Assembly (NCBI RefSeq): GCF_006345805.1
Contig: NW_021825175.1
Span: forward strand, 1-16,234
Origin: Octopus sinensis
Lineage: Eukaryota
Direction: 5' to 3'
DNA length: 16,234 bases
Shown here: positions 1 through 9,034 of the stretch, piece by piece
How the letters are laid out: every line of letters begins with the position of its first letter
Numbering within the stretch: the stretch's first letter is position 1
Position numbers and translations under genes: made by a program
Notes under the pieces: model-generated
Told to the model about the DNA's origin: nothing
The model's input: the letters and a program-made list of their open reading frames with translations, nothing else
The model's database searches: none

Positions 1-112
1 TTAGAAGACACTTGCCCAACGTGCCACGCTGTGGGACTGAAACCCAGAACCATGTGATTGGAAGCAAGCATCTTACCAAGAGACCTGCTGCACCTATAGC
101 TACTGCGCCTAT
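1..112 (-). mobile_element. tRNA-derived SINE family 1, head fragment (cut by window edge)
   Basis: agaagacacttgcccaacgtgccacgctgtgggactgaaacccagaaccatgtg closely matches 7832-7890 and is the reverse complement of the heads at 4022 and 13976; tRNA-like B-box region ggtttcagtccc on the minus strand. Confidence 0.85.
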
Positions 113-199
113 CTAAACAAAATTATTTCAGGGAACCCCTTAAAGTACTAATGTCAATTCCCAATTTACTAATTTCTTGCGTGGGCACCCAAAAATATT

Positions 200-247
200 A
201 TACGGACCCTCAGGGCCCATATGAAACATGGTTGACGATTACTGCTA
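200..247. mobile_element. possible hAT-type MITE terminal remnant
   Basis: ggaccctcagggccc...catggttgacgattactg resembles, from memory, the ggttgagaaccactg terminus of hAT MITEs; no matching opposite end seen. Confidence 0.3.
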
Positions 248-281
248 TAAAACATTACAACTCCCCTTATAAACTCTAGTA

Positions 282-608
282 CAGTAGAACCTCGCAGTAC
301 GAGCGCCCCATTGCACGAGTAATTTACTGTACGATCTGAGTTCGTGGCAAATTTTTGTTTTGAAGTACAATATGAAAGCTGTTGTGTGTTTGGGTGTAAC
401 TAAGCACTTTTAGAGAACAGTAATCGCGGTTTTATTATTTAAGCTTGCGTCGATTCCTCTGTGGTGTGGCTTTGCATTTCTAATAAAATATATATACAAA
501 TTATAAAAATAATTTTAAAAGAATACACAGTACGGATTCTACTTTGTAGATTTTCACCTATCGCGGGGTTTTTGGAACGTAACACCCGCGGTAGTCGAGG
601 GATTACTG
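282..608. mobile_element. Tigger/pogo (Tc1/mariner)-like MITE
   Basis: Flanked by TA at 280-281 and 609-610. Left end CAGTAGAACCTCG; right end reverse complement CAGTAATCCCTCG (10/13 identity). Subterminal tttcacctatcgcgggg...cccgcggtagtcgagggattactg is Tigger-like. Confidence 0.65.
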
Positions 609-692
609 TATACATAAGAATTTGTTTTAAAACTCACATACACGCGCGAAACCCCTTCCCCAAATTTGTGTGTAAGAATTCATGAGGAGTGA

Positions 693-714
693 ATATATAT
701 GTATATATATATAT

Positions 715-745
<31 letters not shown>

Positions 746-832
746 TGTGTGTGTGTGTGTGTATATCTATATCTATATATATGTGTATGTGTATGTATAT
801 GCATATGCGTGTGTGTGTGTGTGTGTGTGTGT
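693..832. repeat. compound (TA)n/(TG)n microsatellite
   Basis: Directly visible. Confidence 0.95.
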
Positions 833-1017
833 GGTGTATTAGGAACTATTCGTGTGTACACACGCGTACGAACAGAGCAGAGTGTAAAAGAGAAACAAGG
901 AACAAGCAAGAAGGAAAAAAAAAATTAGACAAGATTAAATCTGAGGAAACTCAAGCAAGCAGACCAACAGGGAAGTTGATAAAGAGCTACAGAGACAGAT
1001 ACATAACTACACCCACC

Positions 1018-1019
<2 letters not shown>

Positions 1020-1071
<52 letters not shown>
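1020..1071. repeat. (CA)n microsatellite
   Basis: Perfect CA run of about 25 units. Confidence 0.97.
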
Positions 1072-1076
<5 letters not shown>

Positions 1077-1385
1077 GTATATATGCATACGCATGCAGAC
1101 ATCGCGTGTGGCTGTGTACGTGTATGCAAATTATTCTGCTGTCTGCCTCCTCTTTCACTCTGCCTTACATAGATACACACAAGACGTAAAGACACGTACA
1201 CAACCTCATCCACGCATGCACATACGCATACACACACACACATCACACAGAAACTTATAGAAACTGGAAATATTTATTCGTTTGTGCGTTTGCGAGTCTA
1301 GAATTTCTTTCTCTTTTTTTCTCTCGTTTTCACTGACTTATCTCTCTTTCTATCTACCTATCTATCTATCTATCTATCTATTTCG

Positions 1386-3072
1386 CAGCGCCCCGCATCA
1401 GGTTCGTTCCGATTCGTCGTTTCGATCCACTTCTTGGTCCCCTTTTTTTATATTAATATTATATATTGAAGATGCGGTACTCTCTCCCTTTGCTTTATTA
1501 CCTCTTCAATCTTTCTCCCTCCCCCTCCTCCTCTCTCTTCGCCGCGTGTCCCCCTCCTCCTTCCCCTCTTCCTTGCCTATAAACAAAATTCCTTTACACG
1601 TGGTTAACCACTATTGAAAAGACTGCCTCCACGCGCTGCTACTACTACACTTTCGTCCTTGCCAGCAAAAAGGCTTCTTCGTTCGTCCCCTTGTGTGGTT
1701 AATTTCCTGTATAGTATTCTTGTTATTTTCTCGTTTTGTAACTAATTGTACTTTTTGTACATGTATTTTTATTTTTGCAGTTTTATTTGTTTGTCTATGC
1801 CAGAAAAAAGGCTTTTTTCGTTCGTCCCTTGTGTTTGTTTTTTGTACATGTTTTTATTTTGCAGTCTTATTGTTACGTCTTGTTTGTGTTCGTACTCATT
1901 GTGCCCCGCTGCTTGAAATTTTATTTTAATTCTCTCGCAGGAAGGCCTATTGGATTAGTGTTCTGTTATGCCTTCGAAACATGCCTGACTCCTCTAGCGA
2001 CAGCTGATGACGGGGGTTTTTGTCCTTGTGTAGCCTGTCCTGTATTTGGTTTTCGTTTTCCGTTTTCTCTTGTTTTTTGTTTTTTGGCTTTTTCTTTTTC
2101 TACGTCTTATTGTGATGTCCTGTACTTCCGTATAATTATTTATATATGCATGTATATATACATGTAGATGTAGGTACGTACATATATGTTTGTATGTATG
2201 CATATATTTTTATTTATCTCCTTATTGTCTGACAGCGCCCCGCATCAGGTTCGTTCCGATTCGTCGTTTCTCCACTTCTGGTCCCCTTTTTTTATATTAA
2301 TATTATTATATTGAAGATGCGGTACTCTCTCCCTTTGCTTTAACCTCTTCAATCTTTCTCCCTCCCCCTCCTCCTCTCTCTTCGCCGCGTGTCCCCCTCC
2401 TCCTCTCCTTCCCTCTCCTTGCCTATAAAACCAAATTCCTTACACGTGGTTACCACTATTGAAAAGACTGCCCTCCACGCGCTGCTACTACACTTTCGTC
2501 CTGCCCGCAAAAAGGGCTTCTTCGTTCGTCCCCTTGTGTGTAATATTTCCTGTATAGATATTCTTGTTATTTTCTCGTTTTGTAACTAATTGTACTTTTT
2601 GTACATGTATTTTTATTTTTGCAGTTTTATTGTTTGTCTATGCCAGAAAAAAGGCTTTTCGTTTCGTCCTCTTGTGTTTGTTTTTGTAATGTATTTTAAT
2701 TTTGCAGTCTTATTGTTTTACGTCTTGTTTGTGTTCGTACTCATTGTGCCCCGCTGCTTGAAATTTTATTTTAATTCTCTCGCAGGAAGGCCTATTGGAT
2801 TAGTGTTCTGTTATGCCTTCGAAACATTGCCTGACTCCTCTAGCGACAGCTGATGACGGGGGTTTTGTCCTTGTGTAGCCTGTCCTGTATTTTGGTTTTC
2901 GTTTTCCGTTTTCCTTGTTTTTTGTTTTTTGGCTTTTTTCTGTTTCTCTACGTCTTATTGTGATGTCCTGTACTGTCCGTATAATTATTTATATATGCAT
3001 GTATATATACATGTAGATGTATGGTACGTACATATATGTTTGTATGTATGCATATATTTTTATTTATCTCCT
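1386..3072. repeat. direct tandem duplication of an ~840-bp unit
   Basis: Copy 1 is 1386-2222 and copy 2 is 2233-3072. Both start cagcgccccgcatcaggttcg and end tatttatctcct, with a 10-bp spacer tattgtctga. Differences are mostly 1-3 nt indels. Confidence 0.95.
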
Positions 3073-3137
3073 ATATATATATATATATATTCAGCTGTTT
3101 ACCTATCTCTCTCTTTTTCTATCTGTCTGTCTGGCTG

Positions 3138-3206
<69 letters not shown>

Positions 3207-3231
3207 GTCTGTCTGTCTGTCTGTCTGTTTA

Positions 3232-3262
<31 letters not shown>

Positions 3263-3520
3263 GCCTCTTTATTTATCTATCCATCTATCTACCCCCTACT
3301 TACCTACCTACTTCGCTCTCTCTCTCTCTCTCTCTCTCTCTCATCTATCTATCTATCTATCTATCTATCGCCGTATCTCTCTGGCTTTCTCTCGCTCCCT
3401 TTCGCTTTTCGTTCTTATACTCTTTCTCTCTCTACCTCTATTTCCCTCTAGGTATGTGGTTGTACAGTATTGAGAAAGAAAGAGAGAGAGAGGAAAAAGA
3501 GAGAGAGAGAAAGAGAGAAG
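3072..3520. repeat. compound microsatellite (TA)/(TC)/(TCTA)/(TCTG)/(GA)
   Basis: Directly visible. Confidence 0.95.
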
Positions 3521-3848
3521 CGCAATTTTTCTGTTCTTGAAAACAACATTCCGTGAAAATCTTCAACTCGGCATATAATAGGAGTTTCCTGTAATAGAAA
3601 TTCCGAAACAAAAAGATGAACCACTATTACGGAACAAGCACTGCATAGCTATACAGTATCCAACTAAACAGAAGAATTCCATGAAATGTCTGCAAGGAAG
3701 AACCAAAACAAGAAGCGAGCGTCCTTTTAGTTGTTAACCTATGTTTGAGAAGTTGCAGAGCTGTTTTTTTCCTGGAGCAACGTTTTGTATAAAGTTCATG
3801 TTTGCATCGATTTATTTTAGTTCCAAAGATATAAGTAGGGGGGAAAAC

Positions 3849-4015
3849 AGGAATGGTAGCGAGGTTCAAAAGTTGGTTTGGTAATTTTGTGGTTCCAAGT
3901 TCGATTTTATAGCTTAGCACCTGAAGTGTTTTCTGTTGCAGACTACGGTTTGCCAATGTCTTTGTGACCGAAACTTGGTAGTCCGCAACCTGTCCTGAAG
4001 CCCTCTATCTCATAT
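3849..4015 (+). mobile_element. SINE family 1, old degenerate copy
   Basis: gtggttccaagttcgatt...agcacctgaagtgttttctgttgcagactacgg...tttgtgaccgaaacttggtag...gaagccc is collinear with the younger copies at 4022 and 13976. Confidence 0.55.
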
Positions 4016-4021
4016 ATACAT

Positions 4022-4155
4022 GCAAGCGTGGCTGTGTGGTAAGAAGCTTGCTTCCCAACCACATGGTTCCGCGTACCCCCTACTGCATGGCACCTTGAGC
4101 AAGTGTTTTCTACTATAGCCTCGGGCCGACAAAAGCCTTGGAAGAAGCTCGTCGT
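4022..4155 (+). mobile_element. SINE family 1, head and core with internal deletion
   Basis: gcgtggctgtgtggtaagaagcttgcttcccaaccacatggttcc...ccttgagcaagtgttttctactatagcctcgggccgac; jumps from gccttg to gaagaagc, lacking about 25 nt present in the 13976 copy. Confidence 0.9.
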
Positions 4156-4161
4156 ATATAT

Positions 4162-4212
<51 letters not shown>

Positions 4213-4260
4213 TTAAGCATATCTCTTGTATGTGTGTGTGTGTGTGTGTGTGTTGTGTGT
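4155..4260. repeat. (TA)n/(TG)n microsatellite belonging to the SINE
   Basis: Follows gtcgtata exactly as in the copies at 7772 and 13976. Confidence 0.9.
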
Positions 4261-4341
4261 GAAATCGGTGCGTCGATCAAAAGTTTCTTCTAATCAGTGT
4301 GGTTGAGTTATCTTCGTTTACTTCGGCTTAATCGATTAAAT

Positions 4342-4394
4342 CCTTGGGCAAGTGTTTTCTGCTATAGTCCCGGACCGACCAATGCTTTGTGAGT
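4342..4394 (+). mobile_element. SINE family 1 core fragment
   Basis: ccttgggcaagtgttttctgctatagtcccggaccgaccaatgctttgtgagt. Confidence 0.8.
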
Positions 4395-4422
4395 AATACG
4401 GTAACTGCGAAGACAATCTTGC

Positions 4423-4446
4423 ATATATATATATATATATATAGAA

Positions 4447-4502
<56 letters not shown>

Positions 4503-4516
4503 GAGAGAGAGAAAGG

Positions 4517-4554
<38 letters not shown>
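4423..4554. repeat. (TA)n/(GA)n microsatellite
   Basis: Directly visible. Confidence 0.95.
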
Positions 4555-4556
<2 letters not shown>

Positions 4557-4559
4557 AGG

Positions 4560-4640
4560 CTCCTGGCAACAACTTGCTCAGGAAATTAACATGCAAGTGG
4601 CTGGATCGTGAGCCGAATGCTATAACCACTAACCGACTGC
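4560..4640 (-). mobile_element. SINE family 3 fragment (tRNA-like head fused to 3' part)
   Basis: Minus strand ggcagtcggttagtggttatagcattcggctcacgatc is joined to cagccacttgcatgttaatttcctgagcaag, which matches cagccacttgcacgttattctcacgagcag at about 14859-14888. Confidence 0.55.
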
Positions 4641-4647
4641 CCCCCCC

Positions 4648-4694
4648 CTTAACCCAAAATTTTGGGCCTTGTGCCTAGCGTAGAAACGAATAAT
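4648..4694 (+). mobile_element. SINE family 2, 3' tail fragment
   Basis: aaaattttgggccttgtgcctagcgtagaaacgaataat is the reverse complement of the aataattcttctaaattttggcaca-type ends at 13694 and 13902 (degenerate). Confidence 0.5.
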
Positions 4695-4957
4695 TGAAAA
4701 GCAGACAAAACGTTTGAAATGACGAGAAGTGAACCACGAGTCGAAGTTAACCGTTGTCCAGATGACTGTCGACCTCGAGTGGGCTTCTCAACATCTTATG
4801 CCCACTAGAGCGGAAATCTAGAAATGTGGGAGAAAAGATACTGGATTATGCGTTAGTTAGTGGGGCAATCTTCTGGGCCAGTAACAGCCGCGCACAATCC
4901 TTCTTTTAGCTGGCATAGGACACAGTTCTTCTTTTAGCTGCTGCATACACCTTAATT

Positions 4958-5344
4958 GCAGTGGTTAAGGCTGCAAGAGATATGGCTGCAGTGGCAAACG
5001 TCTTAGGAGATAAGGCAGTAGATAAGCCTGCTACAAATTAGACTCCAGTGGATAAGGTTGCAGTGGATTCGATTGCAGTAGATAAGGCTGCTACAAATTA
5101 GACTCCAGTGGATAAGGTTGCATTGGATTCGATTGCAGTAGATAAGGCTGCAACAAATTAAACTGCAGTGGATAAGGTTGCAGTGGATTCGATTGCAGTA
5201 GATAAGGCTGCAACAAATTAGACTGCAGTGGGTAAGGTTGCAGTGGATTCGATTGCAGTAGATAAGGCTGCAACAAATTAGACTGCAGTGGGTAAGGTTG
5301 CAGTGGATTCGATTGCAGTAGATAAGGCTGCAGTAGACAGGGCT
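4958..5344. repeat. minisatellite: 15-bp monomers organised as a 60-bp higher-order repeat
   Basis: Five full units start at 5015, 5075, 5135, 5195 and 5255 (gcagtagataaggct-gcwacaaattagact-gcagtggataaggtt-gcagtggattcgatt), with two extra monomers at 5315-5344 and degenerate monomers at 4958-5014. Confidence 0.95.
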
Positions 5345-5524
5345 GAAGCATTAGCTTTAGAAAACCATCACGTGTATAATGTCATGTTGATGGAACGTAG
5401 TAAATTGGATGATTTAAAAGTCGGTTTTATCAGAGAAACTTTTAACGGTCTAATTTCCGTCAATATAGAGACAACCACGCGCGCACAAACGCACACACAC
5501 AAGCCATCATCGTCGGTCCACTTT

Positions 5525-6060
5525 CTAATAATATGATAAGCATAATAAATCATCGCACGCACTTGGTGTGTGTTAAATGGAGTCAATTGCTTCAGAAGCT
5601 TTACCGCTTGCAACTATATCAAAACACACTGATTGTTTCTGACATTAACATGAACAGGAACACAGGATCTGATGGTGTTTCTATATTTCTTAAAGACACC
5701 AAGCAGCATTGAGAAAGATGAATTAACATGTCAAAGCTAGAAAGCGGGTTGAAGTAGACTCGCTGACAGTTTCCATACGATTTAAGAAATAAATTGATCT
5801 TCCAGCTGAACTCTCATGATCTTTACATGTATAAAAGGAATTTGATGTTGTGATGTTTATGCCTGCCACATGTGGATTAGATGCGATGGAGTTTTAGGGA
5901 TGGTTCTTTTCTGATGGATGGGAAATATCGGTGGTTTACACCGGATCTGAAAAGTTAGGTGAGGTTGGTACCATCACTGTAGTGTCTAAAATGTCGATTC
6001 AGCAAGAATGATATCAACAGAGAGGGTGATCCTGAAGGCCGGGGGTTTATAGCAGTGATT
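5525..6060 (-). mobile_element. highly decayed CR1/L2/Jockey-type LINE reverse-transcriptase remnant
   Basis: Minus-strand translation across stops and frameshifts gives, in order, PSLLISFLLNRHFRHYSDGTNL (cf. PTLF..IND...YADDT.L; 5961-5984), RI*STCGR (cf. I..WG), LLGV (cf. ILG) and QVRAMIYYAYHI (cf. QVRP.MEY..HI). Spacing is roughly as expected. Aligned by eye only. Confidence 0.45.
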
Positions 6061-6068
6061 CAGAGAAT

Positions 6069-6479
6069 AGGCGCTGGCGTGGCTGTGTGGAAAGAGATTT
6101 GCTTCTTAACCACATAGTCTTAGGTTCAGTTCTACTGAACCAAGACTATGGGGCTGTACTGTGTGACACCTTGGGCAAGTATCTTCTATAGCGTCGGGCC
6201 GACCAAGTCCCTCTGATTGGATTTGGTTGACGGAAAGGGAAGGAAGCCAGTCGTGTGTGTGTGCACGCCTTTATATTTGTATTTGAGCCCACCACCGCTT
6301 GAGAACCGTTGATGGCTTGTTTACGTTATCAGAACATAGCGGTTTGGCGAAAGAGACTGATAGAATAAGTATTGAACTTTAAAATATGAGTACTGGGGTT
6401 GATTTCCTCGACTGAACTCCTTCGTGGTTGTGCCCAGCAGAACCTCAATTCAATGACTGAAATAATTAAAAAGTAAAAG
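6069..6479 (+). mobile_element. SINE family 1, full-length diverged copy
   Basis: Head ggcgctggcgtggctgtgtgg, core caccttgggcaagt (CORE-like), short (TG) tract, and 3' part tagaataagt...cgact...aatgactgaaata..aaaag, collinear with 13976-14420. Confidence 0.85.
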
Positions 6480-6884
6480 TCGATAGTGGTGAGTGGCAAG
6501 GCTGGCGTGTCAGACGCAACATTGATTATAAGAAGGGAGGTGATGAGCGACTTTGAGTATCTCAATCGAGGTGGAATGAGATCACTTGTCACTGAGGAAT
6601 ATAGGCCGATATGATATACTGATTTGTATTTTAATTAAGTATTGTCTTAATTGCGTATACTGAATTCATAAAGTAATTTTCCGTGCACAGTAGGGCGCCA
6701 AGTAAACGGACCCATAGAATATCAGTTTCGTCAAGTGTTGATGTTTTTACACAAATTCATGGTATTAGCTTTATACCGTTTTAATTTTTTTGTTTTTTAG
6801 GGGAAACTAAGGATGATGCGAATAGGGTAGTGACCACTGAAGCACGAAACTAACGCATCGAAACATTACAGCCATCATATTTGA

Positions 6885-7045
6885 AAGCTGGTGTTCGTTA
6901 ATTGAATGTCAGATTCGTTGAATATCAGTTTACTATCCTAACGATCTATGAACCTAACGGGTGTAAAACTACGCTACACAGCAGAAATCACATGAACAGA
7001 TCTACAGCATATAGCTATAAACGGGTACCCTGCGGTACCAATTTT
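6885..7045 (+). mobile_element. possible decayed L1/Tx1-type APE endonuclease remnant
   Basis: Frame from 6893 reads VR*LNVRFVEYQFTILTIYEPNG; TILTIYEPN matches 7/9 of the L1 endonuclease motif TILNIYAPN. The downstream GDFN motif is at best weak (CGTNF). Confidence 0.3.
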
Positions 7046-7261
7046 CAGTTGCAGCAGGTATAGCCTGCTCTACTAACTAGTAACACTTTTTAAGAGGATG
7101 TGGGGTTTCAGTAGTTTGCAGTGTCATGATCGACTGTTCCTGAAGGGCCCGAAGAGCGCAAAGGGAAACAGACTCCTGCCCCATCCCTCAGTGTTATGTT
7201 CGTTTTGAAAATTAGCTTTTCAATAGTGCCCTACAGACAATAGGTTTCGCAGACTAGCTGG

Positions 7262-7550
7262 TTGTGGTGGTGATAATGTGTTGGTGGTGGTAACGATAAT
7301 GATGATGTCGGCGGCGACGTCGACGACAATGATAACAGTGATGACAATGACGATGACGATGATGATGATGGTGGTGGTATTGGTGATAATAAATGAGATG
7401 AATATGGTGGTGGTGAATGTAAAAGAGGTTGTAATGACGACGATGATGATGGTAATGAGGATAACGATGATGATGACGATGACGATGATGATGGCGATGA
7501 TGACGATGAAGTTGATGATGACGTTCATGATGATAATGATGAGAAAGAAG
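7262..7550. repeat. degenerate trinucleotide tract (GAT/GAC/GGT/AAT)
   Basis: Directly visible; source of ORFs 7220-7813 and 7278-7625. Confidence 0.9.
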
Positions 7551-7654
7551 AAAATTGGCAGGAAGAGAGGGAAGTGGATGGGCGAATTGATAGTTTTAGC
7601 AACACGGCTGATAGAGGAGAGATAATTATTCACACACAGTAATTCAAACAACAT

Positions 7655-7772
7655 ATACATACATACATACATACGCACACACACACCACACACACACACC
7701 ACACAACACACACACACACACCACACACACACATATATATATATATATATTATATATATATATATATATATA
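7655..7772. repeat. (CATA)/(CA)/(TA) microsatellite belonging to the adjacent SINE
   Basis: Directly visible; abuts tacgacgggcttc. Confidence 0.9.
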
Positions 7773-7933
7773 CGACGGGCTTCTTTCAGTTTCCGTCTAT
7801 CAAATCCACTCACAAAGCCTTGGTCGGCTCGAGGCTATAGTAGAAGACACTTGCCCAAGGTGCCACGCAGTGGGACTGAACCCAAAACCATGTTGGTAAG
7901 CAAGCTACTTACCACACAGCCACTCCTGCACCT
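7772..7933 (-). mobile_element. SINE family 1, young head and core
   Basis: tacgacgggcttctttcagtttccgtctatcaaatccactcacaaagccttggtcggctcgaggctatagtagaagacacttgcccaaggtgccacgcagtgggactgaaccc...accacacagccactcctgcacct. Confidence 0.92.
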
Positions 7934-8371
7934 ATATATGATATGAACACCCAGTTTTTGTAAACACTAATCTTGGGCCTTATGAAAGGATTGCTTTATG
8001 TTACTCGGAACATATAACACATAACCTGACTAATATTCTGAAAAGAAGCATTGACATTTCGGAGAATTTAGGATTAATACTTATCAAACTTTTTTTTTTT
8101 TTTATTTCAACAGTTTCATTTTTTATACAAATAGACAACATCAGCATAAGAGAGAATATAATGATAAGAGGTTGTATATGCGGTCCTATTTCAAGCCTGA
8201 AAACGACGTAAGTCGAAACTAAAATATAATGAAAATATTAGAACCACCATACTTGGTGTGCGTTAGTTTTATCGCAGAAGGGCTGGCAAAATGGCGTTCA
8301 TCGAAATTCATTTGATCAATACAGTATTCCGTACTTGAAACATTAAATAGAATGAGTCAGTGAATGACTTG

Positions 8372-8465
8372 CTGGAAACAGAAGTTAAATCTCCATCTTA
8401 TAACATTCTGCCACCTTATGGATAAAAAAAAACTGTTGGATAGTCACCGCTGGAACGCTTTTACT
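8372..8465 (+). mobile_element. interspersed repeat fragment (SINE/LINE 3' tail-like), related to 10240-10410
   Basis: ctggaaacagaagttaa vs ctagaaatagcagttaa at 10241; ctggaacgctttt vs ttgaatgcctttg. Confidence 0.35.
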
Positions 8466-8574
8466 CAAAAGTTTTGTCTTTTACAGCTGATTTAGGTTGA
8501 CGCAACAATAGTGGATATTAGAAAATTACTATTTTAAAATCTCACAACGTGAGATATTCAGCAACAGTACTTTC

Positions 8575-8743
8575 TAGTAAAGATTGTTTGCCAACATAAC
8601 ATGGCAGTCCTGGTTTAGGACGAATGTTGCTGTAATTTAGCCCCAGGAGACATCGTCTCCGGCTGGCTATACGATACGAACTATGCCCTTATATTCGTCT
8701 TAAACCAGGACTGCCATGTTATGTTAGCAAACAATCTTTATTA
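8575..8743. mobile_element. fold-back (hairpin) MITE-like element
   Basis: 47-bp inverted repeats at 8579-8625 and 8693-8739 with only 2 mismatches. The 67-bp spacer is itself partly palindromic (ggagac-atc-gtctcc). Confidence 0.85.
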
Positions 8744-9034
8744 CAATATTAGATAAGTTTGCGTAAGTTTGAAAATTTAGTCGTCCGGGAAAAAAGAGGT
8801 GAACGTTGTAGCTTATATAGAGTTTTCAAAATATCTCTTGAAGAGGATGTCTTTGTATCACGTGACATATGTCCAGTTTCATGTCAAAATATTTACCTAG
8901 CACAGTGGATTTGAACCGGGATCCATATGGCCCGGGGGGAGAGGGCATATTTTCTAATAATATTTAATTATGAAAATACATTATTTACATTATTTACATT
9001 TGACGGATATGTATAATCATCTTGTTTGTTGTTA

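Noticed and set aside
1971-2016. GAAA...CTGATGA arrangement resembling a type II hammerhead
   Set aside because: Stem II could form with wobbles, but there is no valid stem III/NUH triplet or stem I between the two boxes.
5015-5344. CRISPR-like appearance of regular repeats
   Set aside because: There are no unique spacers, units are contiguous, no cas genes are present and the context is eukaryotic.
5288-5536. 82-aa plus-strand ORF as a standalone gene
   Set aside because: It starts at GTG inside the minisatellite, has in-frame stops immediately upstream and resembles no known protein.
5650-5800. Plus-strand MNRNTGSDGVSIFLKD resembling an APE GGVAIY motif
   Set aside because: A single weak motif that overlaps the better-supported minus-strand RT remnant.
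6480-6620. Minus-strand FLSDK / TSLLIIN resembling an upstream RT segment
   Set aside because: Requires several frameshifts and would duplicate the segment already placed at 6000-6060; too weak to call.
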